Both the position numbers and the translations under genes were made by a program. From Bacillota bacterium (GTDB lineage: Bacteria > Bacillota > Clostridia > Christensenellales > CAG-138), in NCBI GenBank assembly GCA_016286445.1, contig JAEESS010000007.1, forward strand, positions 3,318 through 67,317: a stretch of DNA of 64,000 bases. Reading direction: 5' to 3'. Below are positions 60,227 to 64,000 of the stretch, piece after piece (the stretch's first letter is position 1; each line of letters opens with the position of its first letter). The notes below the pieces were generated by a model, which saw nothing but the letters and a program-made list of their open reading frames with translations, was not told where the DNA came from and did not search any database.

Positions 60227-63200
60227 ATGAAATACATGAGGAACGGAGCAATGAAAAGAGCGGCGTCGCTGCTGCTTGCGCTGATCATGGTATTCGGCAT
60301 AATCGGCAGCGTGGCAGCGGCAGACTCGAATGTATACTATTTGATCGGTACAATGACAGATTGGTCGGTCAACGCGGATTACCAGCTTACGGAGAATCCC
60401 AATGTGCCGGGTGAATATCAGATCACGGTGGACCTTCCGGCAAACGCGGAGTTCAAGGTTGTCAAAGGAAACACAGAAACATGGTATCCGGATAATGCCG
60501 GCAATTATGCGGTTTCCGAAGCGGGCAACTATACCGTATCTTTCCGTCCGGACGGACAAGGCGGCAGCGACTGGTATTACGGCTATTTCTACGTTGCAAA
60601 GAACGTGATCCCGACCTACGCAATCACCGTCACCACCGACGGACATGGCACAGCGGTCGCGGACAAGACCGCGGCGCAGGCGGGCGAAACCGTCACCGTC
60701 ACCATCGCACCGGACGAGGGCTACGAGCTCGATACCGTTACCGGCACGCCCGGAACATGGAATCTGTCCGGTAACATCGGCACCTTCACAATGCCCGCGG
60801 AAGCGGTTGCGTTGCGTGTGACGTTCAAGGAGCAGCACGTTCCTGAAGAGCACCGGATCCATACAATCGTCACTGGCGAAGGCACAGTAACCGTTGCGGA
60901 ACGGGCAACGGAGGGCGATACCGTCACCGTCACGCTGATGCCTGCGGAGAACTATGCGCTCCGCACGCTGAAGGTCGACGGACGCGATGTTACCTCGGCG
61001 GGAGTGCTTTCCGCTCTTTCCTATTCCTTTGTGATGCCGGGCTACGACATTACGATTGAGGCGGTCTTCGACGCGGTCGCGACAGGTGAGCATGCGATCC
61101 ATGTGTTCGTGTCCGGTCTCGGCACGGCGTTTGCGGACAAGACCACGGCGGCGGAGGGCGAACGCGTTACTTTCACCATTGAAAACGGCGTCGGCTATGT
61201 GTTCCAGCAGATCGTGGTCAATGACATTCCACAGCTCAAGAATCAAACATGGTTTGAGATGCCGAATGCGGATGCGATCGTTTACATTTATTTCGATCGC
61301 GTGGATTATCCAATCACGCTGAACAGCGGCGTACAGGGCACGATGAATGCGATCCCGCGTACCAATTCTGCATTTGCCGGCACCGAGGTGCAGGTCATCG
61401 TCAACGCGAACGAGGATTACGACGTCAAGACGCTGACCGTCATAGAGACCGAAACGAATGAACCGGTGGATGTGAAGCTGAAGGAGAAGGACGGACAGAC
61501 TTCGATCTATACATTCACGATGCCTGCCGCGTCGGTTACCGTCACGGCGACCTATAAAAAGCGCGCGACCAACGGCTACTACCTCCTGAAGGGGCAGGGG
61601 GGCAATTGGACGGTCGATCAGATCGACGGCAACGACAAGTTTGTCGACGACCTTTCGGTCTCCGGACAGATGCTGCTGACGACGGAGCTCTTCGCCGGCG
61701 ATGAGATCAAGGTCGTGCACGTCACAAAAGGCGCGATCGACGTATGGTATCCGGACGGTTTGGATAATCAGTATCACGTTACGCAGAACGACACGGGCGC
61801 CGTAACGATTTATTTCAGAACGTCATATTATAATGAATGGTCAGCTTTCGGCGGATACTTCTTCGTCAAACGATTCGAGAACCAGTACTATTTGGTAAAC
61901 GCAGATAATGAAGCCATCCGTTGGGACGACCATCTGTATATCAATAAAGAGTTTAACGCGAATGCGATCATCAATGACAAGAACGAGACCATCAAAGGAC
62001 TTTACGGATCCGATCATGAGCATATGGTCCTGACCTGGCGCAATTCCGGCGAAAAGCTCAAGGTTGTGAAAGTTGCCAACGGGACAATTGCGGAATGGCT
62101 GCCCGACGGTGTCAGCAATGCATATCCGGAATGGATTACGCCGAACTCCACGCAGGACAAGATGCACTATGGCGCGCAGAACAGCGCGGGCAGATACGGC
62201 GTATTCGAAGGCATGGTCTTTGTCTTCTTTGAGGAGCAGATCGGTCATGTATACGGCACCGACAACGTGCTGCGCAGTGATCGCATCGACTGGACGAACA
62301 ACGTCTTCGACGTGCAGAAGGCGTTCAAGGCGGACGCCGCTGACAAATCGACGGTCAATCCGCTGAACGCCGAATCGCTGACCTACAACCTTGCGCACGG
62401 CAGCATCAGCCTCTCCACCGGCACGCCGTTCATCCGGGAAGGACGCAGCGATGAGGGCAGTATCCCTGAGGCGATGAGCAACATCATCTATGAGCTCGGA
62501 CTGAATCAGGAGGTCTACGTCTCCATCCTTGCAGAGGCGGGCTATGCGCTCGACGGCACGCCGTACATCACTTACGGCAATGCCCGCGCCGATATGACGA
62601 AGGACGGCGATCGCTGGTACTTCACCATGCCGAGAGCCGACGTCGTGATCCACGCGCCGATGAAAAAGGTGTTCCGCACGCAGTCCGTGCTGCTGTCCGG
62701 ACAGATCGGCGTCAATTTCTTCGTCGATCTTTCGGCGTATACCGACGAGGAGAAGCATAACTGCCGGATGAAGTTTACGGTCGGAAAGGACAGCGAGCCG
62801 CAGTGGGCGGATTTCGGTTCGGATTTCCACAGCACGATCACGCCGACGAACTACGGCTTCACCTGCTTTGTGAATGCGATCCAGATGGCGGACGAGATCA
62901 CGGCGAAGCTCTATTACGGCAACGAGGAGATCTCGTATAAGCACTATTCGCTCGAAGAGTATGTCAAGTATTTCGATCGTTCGGACAGCACGCAGAACAA
63001 CAACGTTGAAGCGCTGCGCGTCATCCGCGCCATGATCGACTTCGGCTATTATGCGCAGCAGTATTTCAAAGAGCTAAACGCTTCGCTCTTCGATGAATAT
63101 ACGGAGGTCAAGCGCTACTACGCGACGCAGTACGATTTCGCCTCAATCAAGCGCATGACCGAAGGACATTCGCTGAAAAATGCGGAAAACGTCGATCTCG

Positions 63201-63625
63201 GCACATCGGACATTGATTCTCTTTCCGCGTCGATCGCCGTGGATTCCGCCACTGCGCTGATCGTGTATCTGACTATGAAATCCGGCACGACATCGACGCC
63301 GGAGATCAAGGTCGGCACGCAGACGCTTTCGATGTCAAATCCGGAGGTCAAAAACGGCAGCTTTACCTGGAAGCTTACGGATGAGTTCTCGGGCTCGACA
63401 CGGAAATACGCAGTCCGGATCGAGGGCATCAGCCCGCACAATCTGGATAAGCGGTTCACGATCAAGGGAACGGCGGGCAGCAATTTCACGATCAAGGCGT
63501 CGACGTTCTCCTATATTGATTTGGTTCTGTCTTCGGAATCTGTGTCGAACGAGATGAAGATGCTGGTCGCGTCGATGTACGCGTTCCATGAAGCGGAAGT
63601 TGCGTACCGCAACCAATCGAACTGA
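60227..63625 (+). CDS. Large secreted repeat-containing protein (three YYL-W beta-sandwich-like modules plus four ~75-aa tandem repeats)
   Basis: Signal peptide MKRAASLLLALIMVFGIIGSVAAA. Repeats YAITVTTDGHGTAVADKTAAQAGETVTVTIAPDEGYEL / HTIVTGEGTVTVAERATEGDTVTVTLMPAENYAL / HVFVSGLGTAFADKTTAAEGERVTFTIENGVGYVF / YPITLNSGVQGTMNAIPRTNSAFAGTEVQVIVNANEDYDV. No sortase or choline-binding motif seen. Exact start ambiguous (60227, 60236 or 60251). Confidence 0.7.
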   Translation: MKYMRNGAMKRAASLLLALIMVFGIIGSVAAADSNVYYLIGTMTDWSVNADYQLTENPNVPGEYQITVDLPANAEFKVVKGNTETWYPDNAGNYAVSEAGNYTVSFRPDGQGGSDWYYGYFYVAKNVIPTYAITVTTDGHGTAVADKTAAQAGETVTVTIAPDEGYELDTVTGTPGTWNLSGNIGTFTMPAEAVALRVTFKEQHVPEEHRIHTIVTGEGTVTVAERATEGDTVTVTLMPAENYALRTLKVDGRDVTSAGVLSALSYSFVMPGYDITIEAVFDAVATGEHAIHVFVSGLGTAFADKTTAAEGERVTFTIENGVGYVFQQIVVNDIPQLKNQTWFEMPNADAIVYIYFDRVDYPITLNSGVQGTMNAIPRTNSAFAGTEVQVIVNANEDYDVKTLTVIETETNEPVDVKLKEKDGQTSIYTFTMPAASVTVTATYKKRATNGYYLLKGQGGNWTVDQIDGNDKFVDDLSVSGQMLLTTELFAGDEIKVVHVTKGAIDVWYPDGLDNQYHVTQNDTGAVTIYFRTSYYNEWSAFGGYFFVKRFENQYYLVNADNEAIRWDDHLYINKEFNANAIINDKNETIKGLYGSDHEHMVLTWRNSGEKLKVVKVANGTIAEWLPDGVSNAYPEWITPNSTQDKMHYGAQNSAGRYGVFEGMVFVFFEEQIGHVYGTDNVLRSDRIDWTNNVFDVQKAFKADAADKSTVNPLNAESLTYNLAHGSISLSTGTPFIREGRSDEGSIPEAMSNIIYELGLNQEVYVSILAEAGYALDGTPYITYGNARADMTKDGDRWYFTMPRADVVIHAPMKKVFRTQSVLLSGQIGVNFFVDLSAYTDEEKHNCRMKFTVGKDSEPQWADFGSDFHSTITPTNYGFTCFVNAIQMADEITAKLYYGNEEISYKHYSLEEYVKYFDRSDSTQNNNVEALRVIRAMIDFGYYAQQYFKELNASLFDEYTEVKRYYATQYDFASIKRMTEGHSLKNAENVDLGTSDIDSLSASIAVDSATALIVYLTMKSGTTSTPEIKVGTQTLSMSNPEVKNGSFTWKLTDEFSGSTRKYAVRIEGISPHNLDKRFTIKGTAGSNFTIKASTFSYIDLVLSSESVSNEMKMLVASMYAFHEAEVAYRNQSN

Positions 63626-63656
63626 AGCGATCAAATCGGAACAGGAGGCTGAAAAA

Positions 63657-63770
63657 ATGAAAGAGCAATATGAAAAAGCATCCATGGAAGTGATCCGGTT
63701 CGATTGCACAACGGACGTGATCGTCACAAGCCCGAACAGCGATACGCCGCTCCCCGAAACCGACGAATAA
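63657..63770 (+). CDS. Candidate 37-aa small protein
   Basis: MKEQYEKASMEVIRFDCTTDVIVTSPNSDTPLPETDE. RBS ACAGGAGG at 63641-63648, 8 nt before the ATG. Begins 31 nt after the big surface-protein gene. The track ORF 63588 start overlaps that gene. Confidence 0.35.
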   Translation: MKEQYEKASMEVIRFDCTTDVIVTSPNSDTPLPETDE

Positions 63771-63836
63771 CGGAATGCAAAAGTCCCCGAAGCTGTTTGG
63801 ACTAACCCCCTGAAAAACGGACATTGGAAAAAAGAG

Positions 63837-63870
63837 CCCCCTGTCGTAGAATAGGAACTACGACAGGGGG
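63837..63870. other. Perfect 13-bp stem-loop
   Basis: CCCCCTGTCGTAG-AATAGGAA-CTACGACAGGGGG. An A-run precedes it, so the U-tract would be on the minus strand. On the plus strand only TT follows. Confidence 0.6.
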
Positions 63871-63878
63871 TTAAACGT

Positions 63879-64000
63879 ATGAGGCAAAAATACACAAAGA
63901 TGGAAGAATTGGCCGAGATAATCTTCGAGAGGAAAGCTGCCGGAGAAACGAATCGACAAATCGGAGAAAGTTTCGGATTGACGAAGAAACAAGTAAAGGG
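63879..64000 (+). CDS. 5' end of an HTH protein, possibly an IS3-family transposase OrfA; truncated by window edge
   Basis: MRQKYTKMEELAEIIFERKAAGETNRQIGESFGLTKKQVK... resembles N-termini of Clostridial IS3-type OrfA proteins. Only about 40 codons are visible. Confidence 0.3.
   Translation, partial: MRQKYTKMEELAEIIFERKAAGETNRQIGESFGLTKKQVK

Noticed and set aside
1-64000. rRNA, tRNA, prophage or defence-system genes
   Set aside because: Intergenic regions were inspected and none has cloverleaf-like or rRNA-like sequence. No integrase, capsid, restriction, Cas, or other nuclease/ATPase defence signatures were recognised among the ORFs. The only mobile-element hint is the truncated HTH ORF at 63879.

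Overview
All calls below are by-eye motif reading of the sequence and the supplied ORF track; no BLAST, HMM, folding or GC computation was possible. The window looks like a GC-rich Clostridia-type chromosome (Oscillospiraceae/Ruminococcaceae flavour, inferred only).

**Layout**
- 1-13.0 kb: central and sugar metabolism. This includes two diverged split-transketolase pairs, RpiB, an Fe-ADH, a DMT transporter, a ROK regulator, malic enzyme, a GH13 enzyme, an acyl-ACP thioesterase and an esterase.
- 13.1-46.5 kb: one large cell-surface polysaccharide locus.
  - It opens with a stand-alone NusG/LoaP-like paralog.
  - A roughly 25-kb plus-strand operon follows: Wzz, a fused BY-kinase/PHP phosphatase, LCP, a PglF-like dehydratase, an aminotransferase, a phosphoglycosyl transferase, glycosyltransferases, WecB/WecC, Wzy, Wzx, a pyruvyl transferase, a TupA-like ATP-grasp and a FemAB-like protein.
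  - Its centre (22.1-38.7 kb) is visibly AT-richer than the flanks.
  - A convergent minus-strand nucleotide-sugar operon follows: an HTH-fused Ugd, a second Ugd, a GHMP sugar-1-kinase, a nucleotidyltransferase and a UDP-GlcA 4-epimerase.
  - A second LCP gene closes the locus.
- 46.7-50.1 kb: a permease, 5-formyl-THF cyclo-ligase, a serpin remnant and an SRAP peptidase.
- 50.2-55.3 kb: an ECF sigma factor, a membrane anti-sigma candidate with an LRR/FN3 ectodomain, and a secreted paralog of that ectodomain.
- 55.5-60.0 kb: a STAS / APH-like kinase / GHKL tri-domain protein with a PHP phosphoesterase and a nitrilase-family amidase. An orphan protein and a single-domain STAS are transcribed divergently.
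- 60.2-64.0 kb: a 1132-aa repeat-rich secreted protein, a 37-aa sORF and a possible IS-type HTH start at the window edge.

No rRNA, tRNA or CRISPR array was seen.

**Most interesting candidates**
- the kinase / Tyr-cluster / phosphatase fusion
- the HTH-Ugd fusion
- the LRR anti-sigma module
- the tri-domain partner-switching-like protein
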